From NCBI RefSeq assembly GCF_018350175.1, contig NC_058368.1, forward strand, positions 228,162,001-228,226,000: a stretch of 64,000 nucleotides of DNA. Direction: 5' to 3'. Source of the stretch: Felis catus. Lineage: Eukaryota. The notes below the pieces were generated by a model. That model ran no database searches. It saw only the letters and a list, made by a program, of their open reading frames with translations, and was not told the origin of the DNA. The first letter of the stretch is position 1. Every line of letters starts with the position of its first letter. Shown piece after piece: positions 12,601 through 26,900 of this stretch. Position numbers and translations under genes: made by a program.

Positions 12601-14889
12601 ATGTGGAGTTTAAAAATCAGTTTCATATTTGCAGGTAAATATAATGTGATTTGACTTGATGTTGACTTATTGTGGTGATCTTTTAACAATATATGCGAGT
12701 ATGGAAATACTATGTTGTGCAACTGAAACTAACATAATGTTATACGTCAATTATGCCTCAAGAAAAAAAAATAGTTCTTAACTTTAGCGAATAAGGAAGC
12801 ACTCAAAATTTTCACAAAATGGTTCACCTCTATTACTCCCAAAGGAGTAGGTATTCAGCACTGAAAGAAAGTTTTAAAAATCAATTTCATCCTTGTAAGT
12901 AAATACAATAAACCAGTAACATTCCCATAGAATAAAATTCTTATCTGATGGAACAATATCAGCACTTCTTTTTATTAACCAAATGGCATAAAGCATTGTT
13001 ATAATGATCTTTTCCTTCCCATCAAAATAATTTAGCTAACTACACAATGACAATATTTCTTTAGGTCCTACAACACATCAAATCTAGTGGAAGACCTGAA
13101 GATTTTGTATAGAACGGCTGGACAGCAAGGCAGAGGAATCACTTTCATCTTCACGGACAATGAGATTAAGGATGAGTCAGTTTTGGAATACGTGAACAAT
13201 GTTTTATCATCAGGGGAGGTAGGAGTTCATATATCTTCATGCATTTTGACTCTTCAGATGGCCTCCAACTTGAGAGCTCTCTGTGTCCTTCCATCACAGT
13301 TGTTGAATGAGTGCTATTATGGGGATTAGGAGATCCCTATTAGGAAGAAATGCTTTTTCTGTTGGGTTTGGAGAATAAAAGTGAGCTGATTGGATATTTG
13401 ATATGTCCATTTACCCCCTCCAAGGACTATGACTTCGCAGTTAATAATAGAATCGTTTGTGTATTTTAAAATGTGGGGTATCATATCTTGAGGACTTGGC
13501 TAATTTTTTTAAAAAAGGATGTGTAAAGCTTTGTATTTTGCTGTAGTCCTAATAGTTTATTTTTGCTTTTGTTTCCCTTGCCTGAGAAGGCACATCTAGA
13601 AAAAATGTTGCTAAGGCTAATGCCACAGACCACTGCCTATGTTTTCTTCTAGGAGTTTTATGGTTTCAGGTCTTATATTTAGGTCTTTAAGCCATTTTCA
13701 TTTCATTTCATTTCATTTCATTTCATTTCATTTCATTTCATTTCATTTCATTTCATTTCATTTCACTTCATTTTGTTTATGTTTAGAGAGCAGAGAAAGA
13801 GACAGAATGTGGGTAGAGAGGGAGAAAGAGAATCCCAAGTAGGCTCCATGCTCTCAGCACAGAGGGCTTGATCTCACAAACTGAGATTATGACCTGAGCT
13901 GAAATCAAGAGCTGGACACTCAACTGATCAAGCTACCCAGACTCCCCATTACCATACTGTTTTGATTATTATGGGTTTGCAGTTCATTTTGAAATCTGGA
14001 ATTGTGATACATTCATCTTTGTTCTTCCTTTTCAAAGTTGCTTTGGCTATTGGGGGTCTTTTGTGGTTCCATACAAATATTAGGATTATTCTAGTTTTGC
14101 AGAAAATACTATTGGTATATTGATAGGGATTGCATTGAATCTGTAGATTGCTTTGGGAAATATGGACATTTAATAACATTAATTCTTTTAATCTATTAGT
14201 ATGGGGGTGTGCTCAATCGGTTGAGCATCTGACTCTTGATTCTGGCTCATGTTATGATCTCATGGTTTCATGGGATTGAGCCCCGTGTCAGGCTCTGTGC
14301 TGACAGTGTGGAGCCTGCTTGGGATTCTCTCTCTCCTTCTTGCCTGGCCCCTGCTCACATGCATGCATGCTCTCTCTCATTCAAAATAAATAAGTAAACA
14401 TTTAAAAAAATCTATAAGCATGGAATGTCTTTCCATTTGTTTGTGTCATGAGGACTTTTGTTAATTTTTAAAGGTGAGTTTTAGGACACAAATGGAGGAA
14501 AGATATCATATGTATTGACCTATATATTTTGATCTGTTTGCATATGCCTGTACTGAATTTGAATGTTTGCACTTCTTTTGAAGGTCTCCAACCTATTTGC
14601 TCGTGATGAAATTGATGAAATTAATAGTGATCTCCTATCAGTCATGAAAAAAGAATACCCCAGGCGCCCTCCTACCAATGAGAACCTGTATGACTACTTC
14701 ATGAGTCGGGTCCGGCAGAACCTTCACATTGTGCTCTGCTTTTCACCTGTGGGGGAGAAATTTCGAAATCGAGCTTTGAAGTTCCCTGCCCTTATTTCAG
14801 GATGCACCATTGACTGGTTCAGCCGATGGCCTAAAGATGCCTTAGTTGCTGGTTAGTGTGGTGGACATTTTTGTCAGTTTTTGGTTAAC

Positions 14890-14935
<46 letters not shown>

Positions 14936-17900
14936 CACGCGTGTTTATTTATTTATATTCTGTGCTGTTTGTTCTCTCTGTACTGGATTGAGTCAAAAGT
15001 CACTTTGTCCAGCAGTTTAGGATATTTACAAGATGCTGCTCTTTCATATTAGGTAGCTAATTTTTCCCAGAGTGTGGTTATCAGATAGTGATCTTCAGTC
15101 TGTACTCCCTTGGATTAATTTCCAGTGATTCTAGTCTTCTCTGGGATGCTTAAAGGCTTTGTCTCTGTTGGATCCCCAGACACGTTCCAGGATGCCCCAG
15201 GAAGGCACTGAGGTTTTAACTGCTTTGACAGCATTTGTGTTCTTTTCAAAGTGGATTGGCCAATCTCAGAGTAGTTGAAGCCAAATGTCTCTTGGACGTT
15301 TTGTTCTCGTGGCTGCAGTGCTGGAAATCAAAGAAGAAGACACTATCCAGCAGTCCTCCGATGGTTCCTATCCTTGAAAGGAATGTTGGCTAGAGTGTTC
15401 TGGGACTTGGATCCTTGCTGCTTCCACTTCTGTGGAAGAGACGTTAGTAGAGGAGATGTTAGAGATCATCGAGTTTATGTTTTTTCAGCTTTGGGGGAGA
15501 AATTGTTTGTGGATATTTTAAGTGATCGGGATGTTTAGGCCTCACTCACCCTTGACCTGTTGTATCAGAATCTCAGGGGTGCCCTGTCTCACGGCGGTGG
15601 TTTTTCAAACTTTTTGTCTGGTTATGTTTTAATAATAATTCAGAAGAGTCCTATTTCCCAGTAACACATTGCTGGTAGCCTTGATAGACAAAAGTGAGGT
15701 GAAGGAGGTGAGGAAGGGGCTGGAGCCTGCCCTCCCAGCCCCAGCCCACGTCTGTGTCACACCCAAATCTGGTGCTCCAGTTCTGTGGTGCCCAGTGTGA
15801 GAACGACCGATTAGCCCATCTCCTACAGATGGAGACACGGGAGATGCTGAAGCCGAGGGACTTGTCAGAGATTTAAGAAGCACTAGGATCTGTACTGGGG
15901 GAGGAACCCAGGTTTTATAGATTTATATATATTTTTAACAAATTCTTATCCACTGGGGACATTGTATTCTCTGCAAACTGCTGTTGACAATAATGTTTTT
16001 CCAATCTGTGGCTTTTAAGCACAGAATGTTTTTACATATTCAAAGTACACATGTACATTTTCCTCTTTTGTCTTCTAAGGTTTGAGAAAAGGCCAGTGAT
16101 TTAAAATTTTAAGTCCTCTTAAAATGTAAACACAACTAAGGGTAAAGCTTTAAAATTCCTTGAAGTAGGATATAAATGCAGAGCACACAATGACAGAATT
16201 TAAGAGCTATATTAAAGTTAACTATGCAACATGGTAATTAGTATGCAAGTACTTTGTAGGGTGGCATGTAAGGTATTATTATGAACAATAAAATAACAAT
16301 TTCAGGTGACAAACATTGTAATATACCATAATTAAGATGATTTAATTTAAATATGGAGCCCTTCCTGCTAGGTCTGTATTTCAATCATCTCTTTTATTAC
16401 AAGACAAAGGCCTCACTGATCTTTCCTTTGTTAATTTCTCACAACTCTGCCCCTTTCTTTTAAATCTCATCGTATCAACCCAAGCCAGGATTACATGGAG
16501 GTCAGGGAAGTTTTCATTTCCGTGTAGTTGTTTCCTAGCTGCTGTCCTGACTTTCAACGGATGAGGCTCCTTGTTTGTTTGTTGCGAATGTATTTATTGA
16601 ACTCCATGCTGTTTATAGAGCCAGGCATAGTAGGGGGTAAGGTGGGCTTGTGTCTTCAGTCCGGATCCTCTTCCCAGGCAAGCTCATTGTCATCCTTCTG
16701 GGTGATGTGCCGCATCAACTTTTCTCTCTAGTCTCGTCGGTCCTCTGGCTGCCTGCTTGATACATTCTGTGCACTTGGCTGCCTGCTTGATACATCCTCA
16801 TGGGGGCTTTACAGACCGCTACTCCACGTGTCTGCAGCTGAACTGCCTCTCCTCTGGTCCCTTCCCCAGGAAGTCCCACCATCGTCCACAAAACCATGCA
16901 ATCAGAGACCTTTGTCTTTGTCTTGAACATCCCAGCTTCCTTCAGCTCTCAAGTCTGCTCCATTGGCAAATCACTTTGACTTTATCTTTTTTTTTTTAGG
17001 TTTATTTATTTATTTGGGGTGGGAGGGTCAGAGAGAGAGGGAGAGAGAGAATCCCAAGTAGCCTCCACACTGAAGCTTGTAGCCTGACACGGGGCTCAAT
17101 CTCATGAACCATGAGATTATGACCAAAGCCAAAATCAAGAGTCAGATGCTTAACCAACTGAGCCACCCAAGTACCCCAAGTTGACTTTATCTTTTAAATA
17201 CTGGGGGACTGTCTCTAGCACTTTCCCTCTCACAGATGTCCCAGGCCAAGCTGTCATTGTCACTCACCTGGAAAACCCAGATCACTTTCTAATGACCTCT
17301 CCTCCTCTTCCAGCTGTCTGCCATCTATCCCACAATGCTGACAGAAGAATGAGGAAAACACAAACCCAACCACACAGCTTTCTACTTAGAACCTTGCATG
17401 ACCTCCCCGTGCTCTTGGGGGAAAGGCCACGTTACGTAGCCTGGCCTCCCAGGCTGGGAAGAGTGGCCCTGCCCACCCCCCATCTTCCCTTGAGGTCACT
17501 CTTTCTTCCTATTCTGTTCTTCTCGATCCTTGAACAGGCTGCTTTTTCTTCCCATGTGACACCCTCCTCCTCCATCCTATTGAACCCTCCTCCCTTTGTC
17601 TGGATGGTGTTGGCTCAGTCAAACTTCCCTTCCTAAGGGGAACAATCCTGCCTCCCCTTCTCCCCACAAAACTGATCCCATGTTATCACTTTATAGCACT
17701 CTGTGCTGTTCCTTCCTGGGGCTAACCACAGTCTGCCATTTGTATAGTTGTGTGTTGATCTGGCCCACTAGACTAAAAACTCCATGAGGTCAAGGACTAC
17801 TTATCTTTTATTCACAATCTGGGCAGCTACCAGTGCTGAATGAATGAGTCAGTCTGTCAAAGTTCATTTACTTGCAGTCTTCTCTAACCCAACACAAACC

Positions 17901-20900
17901 TTCTCTCTCTTTTTCTCCCCAGATATCTCTTTTGTTTGTCCTCTGAATGTGCTTTAATCATACTTATTCTCCATACATTGTCCCCCTTGATCAAGAATAT
18001 TCTCTTCAGTCTCCTCTGTTTATCTAAGTTCCAGAGCTTAGTCAGAACTCATCACATCCTTCACTCTTTTTTTTTGTTCTCTAAGGAATGTTTAGTTTCC
18101 TGCCCTCCCATCTTGGACCTCCTATATCTTAGCACGTAGACTTTATATCATGTACTTGGTATTGAAATCTTCTTAAACTATTGATAACCTGTAATTTTTT
18201 GTGGTATGTCTTCAGTCTAGTCTGGTAAGTGTTTACTGTGCTAGTCACAGTAGTGGATAAAATAATTATAAGATATAAGACATAGCTCCTTTATTTAGTA
18301 AATACAAAATCTTGTTGGGAAAACCAACATCTACACACCTAATATTAACCTTGCTTCTGTTAATTTGAAAGAATACCATGTGTGGGTATTGCAAATACTT
18401 AATATACTTAGGAACTTAAGTGTTGTTTATTCTTTTTGGAAAATTAGCCATGAGGTTTCTAGAAACAACCTTATTCAAATTGTCTTCAGGATTCTGGTTC
18501 TAAGTTAAATTATTATCTCCAGCCACATCAGAAAGGAAACACATGATTTCATTTGTGTTAGTATATATCATTTAGATTATACTATTTCCCATAAAATATT
18601 AAATTGTATATTTTTATAATTAATTAGTATTTTATTGATATTTTATTCTTTAACAAAAATTTTTTTTAATGTTTATTTTTGAGACAGAGAGAGAGCATGA
18701 ACGGGGGAGGGGCAGAGAGAGAGGGAGACACAGAATCCGAAGCAGCCTCCAGGCTCTGAACTGTCAGCACAGAGCCTGATGCGGGGCTAGAACCCACGAA
18801 TGGTGAGATCATGACCTGAGCTGAAGTCAGACGCTCAACTGACTGAACCACCCAGGCGCCCCGATTAATATTTTATTCTTTAAGATGCATTTTTTGTTTC
18901 TTAAGCCTGTTTATTGAGGTATGAATGATATACAAAGAGCTGAGCATATTTAAAATATACAACTTGATGTATTTCGAGGTAAATACACACCCATGGGACT
19001 ATCATCGTAATCTGTACCGTAGGCAATCCATCACCTCCAGAAGTTTCCTTCTGACTTCTTAAGTGTAAGAAGTTCTTAAGTTATTTCTTAATTATTATTA
19101 TTATTATTATTTTGTGATAACACGACGTAAGATCTCTTGTAGTAATTTTAAGTATACAAATAGCATTGTTAGCTACAGGCATCATGATACAGAGCAGACT
19201 TCTAGGACTTATTCATGAATAGCTAAAACTTTGTACTTTTTGTTACTTTCTGACTGGGAGGAGAGGGAAATGGGACCCCCTCTTCCTAGTCCCTGGCAAT
19301 CACAGTTCTCTCTGCTTCTATGAGTCTGACACTTCAGAGTCCTCCTATAAGTGGTATCATGGAGTATTTGTCCTTCTGTGTCTGGCTTATTTCACTTAGC
19401 ATAATGCCCTCCACGTTCATCCATGTTGTTGCAAATGGCAGGTGTCTTTTTTTTTTTTTTTTTTGGCAGGCTGTCTTTTTTAAGGCCGAATAATATTCTA
19501 TTGCATGTATATCCATTTAACCATCAACAGACATTTAAATTGTTTCCACGCCTTGGCTACTGTAAATAACGTTGTTATGAGCACAGGGGCACAGATATCT
19601 CTGGGACAGTGATATTACTTCCTTTGGAAATGTGCCTGGAAGTGTGATTGTTGTATCATATGGTAGCTCTATTTTTAATTTTTTGAGAACCCTCCACACT
19701 GTGAGGACCCTCCTTTTTTTTGCAAACCCTTGCCAACATTTGTTATCTTTTGTTTTTTTTGGTAATGGTCATCCTAACTGATGTGAAGTGATATCTCATT
19801 GTTATTTTGATTTGCATTTCCCTGGTGATTGGTGATGTTGAACACTTTTTCATATATCTGTTGGCCATTTGTATGTCTTCTTTAAAGAAATCTCTTTTCA
19901 GTTAATTTATCTATTTTTTTTAGAAAATTTTTTCAAGTTTATTTATTTTCAGGAGACAGAGACAGCGTGAGCAGGGGAGGGGCAGAGAGAGAGAATTCCA
20001 AGCAGGCTCCATGCTGTCAGTACAGAGCCTGATGTGGGGCTTGAACTCACGAAGCATGAGAACATGACCTGAACCGAAATTGTGTCAGACACCTACCTGA
20101 CTGAGTCACCCAGGCACCTCCCCACTTTGTCCATTTTAATCAAGTTACTTGTTTTTTTGCTGTTGAGTTGTAGGAGTTATTTATTTCACATGTTGTCTCT
20201 TATCAGAGGTACAGTTCGCAAATATTTTCTCCCCCATTCCATAAGTTACTTGTTCACTTGTTAATTGATTTCTTTGCTGTGCAGGAGATTTTTTCGTTTG
20301 GTGTAGCCTCATGTTGTTTTTGCTTTTGTTGCCTGTGCTTTTGGTGTCATGTGCAAAAATTATGGCCAAGAGCATTGTCAAGGAGCTTACCCATTATGCT
20401 TCCTTCTGAGAGTTTTATGGTTTCAGGTCTTATGGTTAAGTCTTTAATCTACTTAATCTATTTTAATCTCAAAATAGATTAAACAATACATAGAGTGTTG
20501 TGTATGGTGTAAGACAGTAGTCCGATTTCATTCTTTTGCATATAGATCTCCACTTTTTCCAACACCACTTATTGAAGAGACTATCCTTCCCTCGTTGTGT
20601 ATTCTTGGCACCCTTGTTGAAAATCAATATATATATGGGTTTATTTCTGAACTTTCTTCTGTTCCGTTGGTCTATATGTCTATTTTTAAGGCCAATACCA
20701 CACTGTTTTAATTACTGTAACCTTGTAATATATTTTGAAATCAGGAAGTGTGACACCTCCAGTTTTGTTCTTGCTCAGAATTGTTTTGGTTTTTTTTTGG
20801 GTTTTCTGTTGTTCCATATGAATTTTAAGATTGTTTTCTCTATTTCTGTAAAAAAAATGCCATTGGAATTTTGATCAGGACTCTATTGAATCTGTAGATG

Positions 20901-23900
20901 GCTTTGGGTAGTATGGACATTTGAAAATAATAATTCTTCCAAATCATAAACATGTGATGTCTTTTCATATATTTGTGTTTATTTTAATTTCTTTCATTAG
21001 TAGTTTATGGTTTTTAGCGTACAAGTCTTTCATTTCCTTTGGTGGAGTTTATTCCTACATATTTTATTCTTTTGGATGCTATCATTATAAATTAGTTCTT
21101 CTTAATTTCTTTTTTGGATTGATGTTATTGCACAGAGTATTTTTCTAATTTAAAGATGCTTACTTAGAAGGTTAATACTAGATTTTGTAGTATTTTCATA
21201 ACTAAAGTGCTTTTGGGAAAAATGTGAGTTTTTTCATATGTGAATTTAAATTGACTAAGTCTCTTGATAAAGCATTTAAAGAAAAATATGCCTTGTTTTA
21301 TGTTGTAAAGTCTTGTCTTTTCCACCATTTAATAACCTCCATTTTGGCAAACCTTTGTTTTTAGCTTTATGTGGCGTTGTCTTGAATGAATTGTTTCTTT
21401 AAATGTCTGTATTCTCTTCATTCTGGTGGTCTTGTCTGTATTTTTTTTTTCTCTTTTTTGTCCCTTCCTTGGCTACCTTTAGTTTAGTCTTCGTTTCCAA
21501 GATGGTTTTGTCTTTTTCTTCTTATTTCCTGAGCTCAGTCAATTCCTGTTTTCATTTCTTCCTGGTACATTATTTGGTCAGTTTCTTTTTAACTTTTGAA
21601 TTTATGATTCAAAGTAGTTTATGACTCATTCAAAGGCTTCTTTGGGGATACTGGCATCAATTTGTGGTGTGTTACAGTTTTAATTTGTTTTTTTTTTTTT
21701 TTTTTGGGAGAATGAGGGGCAGAGGTTTCCATCAGCTGAGGCATTTTGATTTTCCTTTCCTATTTCATTTTTTATTAGTTTTTTTTCGTTTAATTCCAGT
21801 ATTATTAAGATAGTAGTCTTGCATTTCTTAATGATACTCTGTGGTACTAATGTCGCTCCTAAACCCATGAACTTTATTTAGATTTCTCCATGGTAAAGGT
21901 AACTTTTAATATTCTTCTAGATTACATTTTAAATAAGCACATTGTTATAAAAATAGGCCATCTTCACTTGAAAATGAAGTCTCAAGCAAAATCAATAGCA
22001 TATATATGGTGTATTTTTTTTTCAAAGAAGGCCATTTTAAATGTGTGAATAAAATGGCCCTCTTTGAGAATTATTACTTGATTTATAATATACAAGACAT
22101 GGTCTTATGAGCTAGCCACCCTGCTTCTGCAGCCGCTCACAGCTGGTGATACATCACCAAGAAGGCAGCTTCACGTGCTAACCCCTCAGAAAGTAATGCC
22201 AACCACAACAGTATCCACATTTTTTCTGGGAAAATTAGCCTATTTTGCCTATGAAGCACATTAGTCAATAAATATTTTTGGACTTGGTGCTGCAGTTGAA
22301 TGTGTTTGCTTAGCACTCGAAAAGACTGCAGAGTTCAGTTGTCTTTGGATTTCTAAATCAAGGTGACATGGGCTTTGGAGTCCATCATCCTTGGATCGAA
22401 TCGCCAATCTGCCATCTGCAAGGAAACTCCTCTAAGCCTCATTATTCTTCTGTACAAAAGGTACATATTAAAATTCATCACTTAGGGATGTTGTAAGGAT
22501 TAACTGATAAGGTTTTGTCAAGATTAGACATGCTTGCCCTCTGAAGGTATCGGTTAAGAATGTGTTTGGCTCTAAGAGAAAACCAGAGAAGTGCTTGCTC
22601 AAGCAAGTACTTTTTTCTCCCCCCTTCTCCTGCTGCCAAGAAAATACAGAGCTGTGCAGCCCAGGATGATGCCATTTGGGGGGGTCTTACTCCTTCTATC
22701 TTGCTGTTGTCCTCAGGGTGTGGCTTTTACTCTTACAGGCACAAGGTGGCTGTTGCATCTCCAGACATTATGTTTGTTGATGCCTTGTGAAATTTGCCTT
22801 TTAGTTCAGGGCAACGTTCTTCCCCAAGAACTTTTGTCTGCACGTCATTGGCCTCAACTGGGTCACCCCTACTTGTAAGAGAGTCTGGACAATCGACGAA
22901 TTTTAGTTGGGCACATTGTTACCTTGAGCAAAATAGAGATTCTTTTAGTAACAAAGAGAGAGGATGGCTGCTGGATAGGCAACTCATGTCCCTCTTTCAC
23001 TTTGTTACTTCAATTCTTCTCATCTCAATGAAGTGGACATTGAAGGGCACCAAAATTCAGGCAGTGATCCGAACATTCTCCTCTCTATCCCACACACACC
23101 TCACCTCATTCCCATCAAGTGCTGTGAGCACACAACACCAAAATATAACCCATACCAACCTCAGGCTTCAGTCTGAAGATGGGCCCCCAAACTGGCATTG
23201 CTGCTTTGGTGATTAGATAATAGAGATGACCTTGGAAGGGTTTTCCATGGCCTCTTGCTTGAGCTTAGCAGGCTTTGGTCACGCTAAGTAAAAGTGATCT
23301 GATTGTTTTCATAACCTTTCCTGCACCAGAGATTGTGGGTCCTTGGAAAAATATCCTTTGAATCTACTCTATTTTTATTCTCTTTGACTTTTAGAGAGAT
23401 AAAAACAGCACTTGCTACATAAAAAAGAATTCCCCATATTGATACTCTCTGTTCACATAAGAAGGGAAAAAATCATTACATAGTAAATACAAGGAGGTTT
23501 TCAGAAAGTGGGAACCTCCCCGAGGATACCCTGTAATGCCAAGTAAAGCACTTAGTATCATGCCTGGTGCATGGTGAATATTGCAGCTGTAGGGGTTAAT
23601 ACCTACAAAAACTTTATCTTAGACAAAGATTGTTCCTGTGTTCCTGGTGCCTAGACTTAAACTTCCTAGAAGTTAAACTGTTCTTTGTAGAGATTGCTTA
23701 ACTCATATCAGAAAATATGACTTCTGAGTCTTAATTTATGGCCTTTCAATGTATATGGTAAACTTTGTTTGTAACCAAGCCGAGAAATGGTACCTATTAT
23801 TTACATAGATGTAAATACTACCCCACAATTGCTTTAAGAACTTAATTTAGTGATCAGTTGCTAATCACTTTTTATTTCTTTGCCAACTATCACCAGATAG

Positions 23901-26900
23901 GTTTGTTTACTTGATTCCTTCTCTTTCCTTCCCTTTTTATTGGCCATATTTCTATTTGCAACTCTTATGTACATTATTCAATGCTTTAAGTACTTTTCAA
24001 GCAAATCCGTACGCAGTTTTGTATCCCCCAAGATACATAAAGTTGGTTATGATGACTTCTAACTGCATTGTGCATAACCTTTGTAAATTCCTTGGCATTG
24101 AGACCAAATTTCATACTAGTCTTTAGCTCCACGGTGCCATCACAGGGCTCGGTGTGCTGCAGACACTCAGCATGTTTGTGGTGATTGATTAGGTCTGGCT
24201 TTATGGCCTCTTTCTATAATAGGAAATGCTGCCTTAGAATGGGTCCCATGATTGGCAGTATCGGGAAGACAAAGGTCTTCCACAGGAGGTTTTTACCCAA
24301 ACATTTTTAAAGGACACTGTAAATTAGAATTGACTGCAAATGGCCACCCACCCCTTTTAAGAACAGGATGACCCAGGCATAAAAAAATATAGTGGCAAAC
24401 ATTCCACATACCAAATGCAGTCAGAGCCTGGGGGAATTAAGGGTATGACAGGTTCTGCATTTAAAAATAAATGAGAATGTTAAATTTGAGTACCAGGTGG
24501 GCACTGATTTCTGAGTTATTTGTACCACTTTTGCCCTTATGTGAAGCATAAAGCAGGCTGGCAGTTGACCAGAGCCCGCAGCCATGCAGAAGAGACTTCT
24601 TTGCATAAGTAACAGAAAACAAAGGCTGATGATAGTCTTGAGGTCTGTTACAGCTTTATAAATGAAAGGGAAAATAAAATTGTTGAAATCATAGGCCTGG
24701 GGCCAAAAATGCTGACAGATATTTACCAAGTTTGGGTATAAAAATGGTACGCAGTCCTAAAAAATGTTCAAAATTAGCCAGTTAACTTTTCAGATGGTCA
24801 TTCGTGTGTATATTTCACACACTGCCATCCTTATTCCTTCTAGTGTCTGAACACTTCCTGTCCCCCTATGATATTGACTGCAGTTTGGAAACCAAGAAGG
24901 AAGTGGTCCAATGCATGGGCTCCTTCCAGGACGGGGTAGCTGAGAAGTGTGTTGATTATTTCCAGAGATTCCGACGGCCTGCTCATGTGACTCCCAAGTC
25001 GTACCTCTCCTTTATTCAAGGCTATATGCTCACATATGGAGAAAAGCGTGCAGAAGTGCAAACCCTGGCCAACAGGTAAGTGTGAAGTTCGGATATAAAG
25101 TTGTTTTAAAGCATTGGCTCTCGACGGGGAGCAAATTTGCTCCTAGGGAGCATTTTGCAATGACTAGAAACATTCTTGTTTGTTACAACTCAGGTGGTCG
25201 GGAAGGGGTGCTGTTGGCAGCAAATGAGTAGAGGTCAGGGATGCTGCTAACATCTCACAGTGCACGGGATAGCCCTCTGCAGCAAAGAATCAGCCCCAAA
25301 TGCCAATAGTGCTGAGGCTGAGGCACCCTCCTCTCAAGCCTATTCCGAGGATTAGTCCATGATTGCTAGGAGCTTTGTTTTTGTCCAGCAGAATAAAGTG
25401 TTGCCAAGTGTTCATGTGACCTACTACTTGCTATAATACTGAATGACATAATGGCGGAAATAGAGAATTCAGACTGCCTGCCTCCCTCCACTCATCCTTC
25501 TCTGGAATGCTGACGTTCACTGCCTGGAGAATACCCTGCTTCACTGAACTCCGTTCCAGATTTCACTGCTCTGCCCAGCTCTCTTCTGAACACCTATAGC
25601 TTCTGCTTGGATAGCCAGAACCAGTCAGGGATGCTTCATAAGGGACCCTGGGTGGGACATTGGACTGACTGACTCTGAGGGCCCTGGTCTTTGAGGTTAC
25701 ATTATCTCAGGCCCAGACAGGCAGCATCCCTTCGCAGGGTGGTTCTGATGGCTTCATTCCTTGATTTGTTTCATTCCTTATTCCCAAATCTTTCTTCTTT
25801 TAACTTAATTGGTCTTTTTAACAAAACAAAACAGAAGTTATTTATTTTCCTTCCTCCAGATTTGGGTTTCAAGCATTTGAAGTCTCTTGTCATTTAACTA
25901 AACTTCATTAGGCCTGTTCCCTTCATGATACAGATTCTAGACCCACGATTGTTCTTCATGTTGTGCAGCGTTGTAATGGGTTCACTGTCCCACATGCGGT
26001 GTGTGAAAAACATATGGACGTGTTTAGTTAGGCATCAACCCTGGATGCATATTCTTTTCCTCAAGCCCTCTTGGATTTGCTATTTGCACAGACCCTCATT
26101 CTTCAAATGCGACCATTGCTGTCTGTGTTAATGAACCAGTGCTTGGAAAACCACAAATTTTAACCATGGCTTGCTTGGATTTTCAATCCTAGAATGAATA
26201 CTGGATTGGAAAAGCTAAAAGAAGCCTCAGAATCTGTTGCAGCCCTGAGCACAGAACTAGCAGTGAAGGAAAAGGAGCTCCAAGTGGCCAATGATAAAGC
26301 CGACACGGTGCGTGGGCACTCACACATGTGCCAAATTTGTTTTAAATTCCTGGTAATAAGTGTTAACGACGTATGCGTATTCACTGAGTTGTCACCATGA
26401 AAGTACAAATTATTTCCAATAGAATCTAATACTCTTAATCTTACTGGGAAACGGTACCGGACCAACTCAACAAATCAAGGCAAAAATGTGCATTTTCAGC
26501 CTGCCAAGGTTTGTTCTGTGAGCTTTTTTCCCCTTCTATATTGAATTAGGTCTTAAAAGAAGTGACAATGAAAGCGCAGGCTGCCGAGAAGGTCAAGGCT
26601 GAGGTACAGAAGGTGAAGGACAAAGCCCAAGCCATTGTAGACAGCATCTCTAAGGACAAAGCCATCGCTGAAGAAAAACTGGAAACCGCAAAACCAGCTT
26701 TAGAAGAGGCAGAAGCAGCCCTGCAGGTAAATCTGTGTGATATGGCAGGTGTCAAGTTTAGCGCCTGGGAGGAGGGCGAAGGAAAATGAATAACAGCAAG
26801 GAAACGCTCTACTGCTCTGGACCAAAGGTCTTCCCTGGAACTATTTCAAGGAATAGTTTCTGCAGGGTGATGTTATTAGCTCCGTATAGATATTGCGTTT

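Larger units (their letters stand above)
13530..14450 (-). mobile_element. L1 ORF2-region fragment interrupted by two SINEs
   Basis: ORF 13949..14179 contains L1 ORF2-like [20 protein letters not shown]...ITIPDFK...IKTVW. Confidence 0.85.

Noticed and set aside
25128..25143. 16-bp palindrome ggagcaaatttgctcc
   Set aside because: Lies within the MER20 subterminal region, which is already quasi-palindromic.
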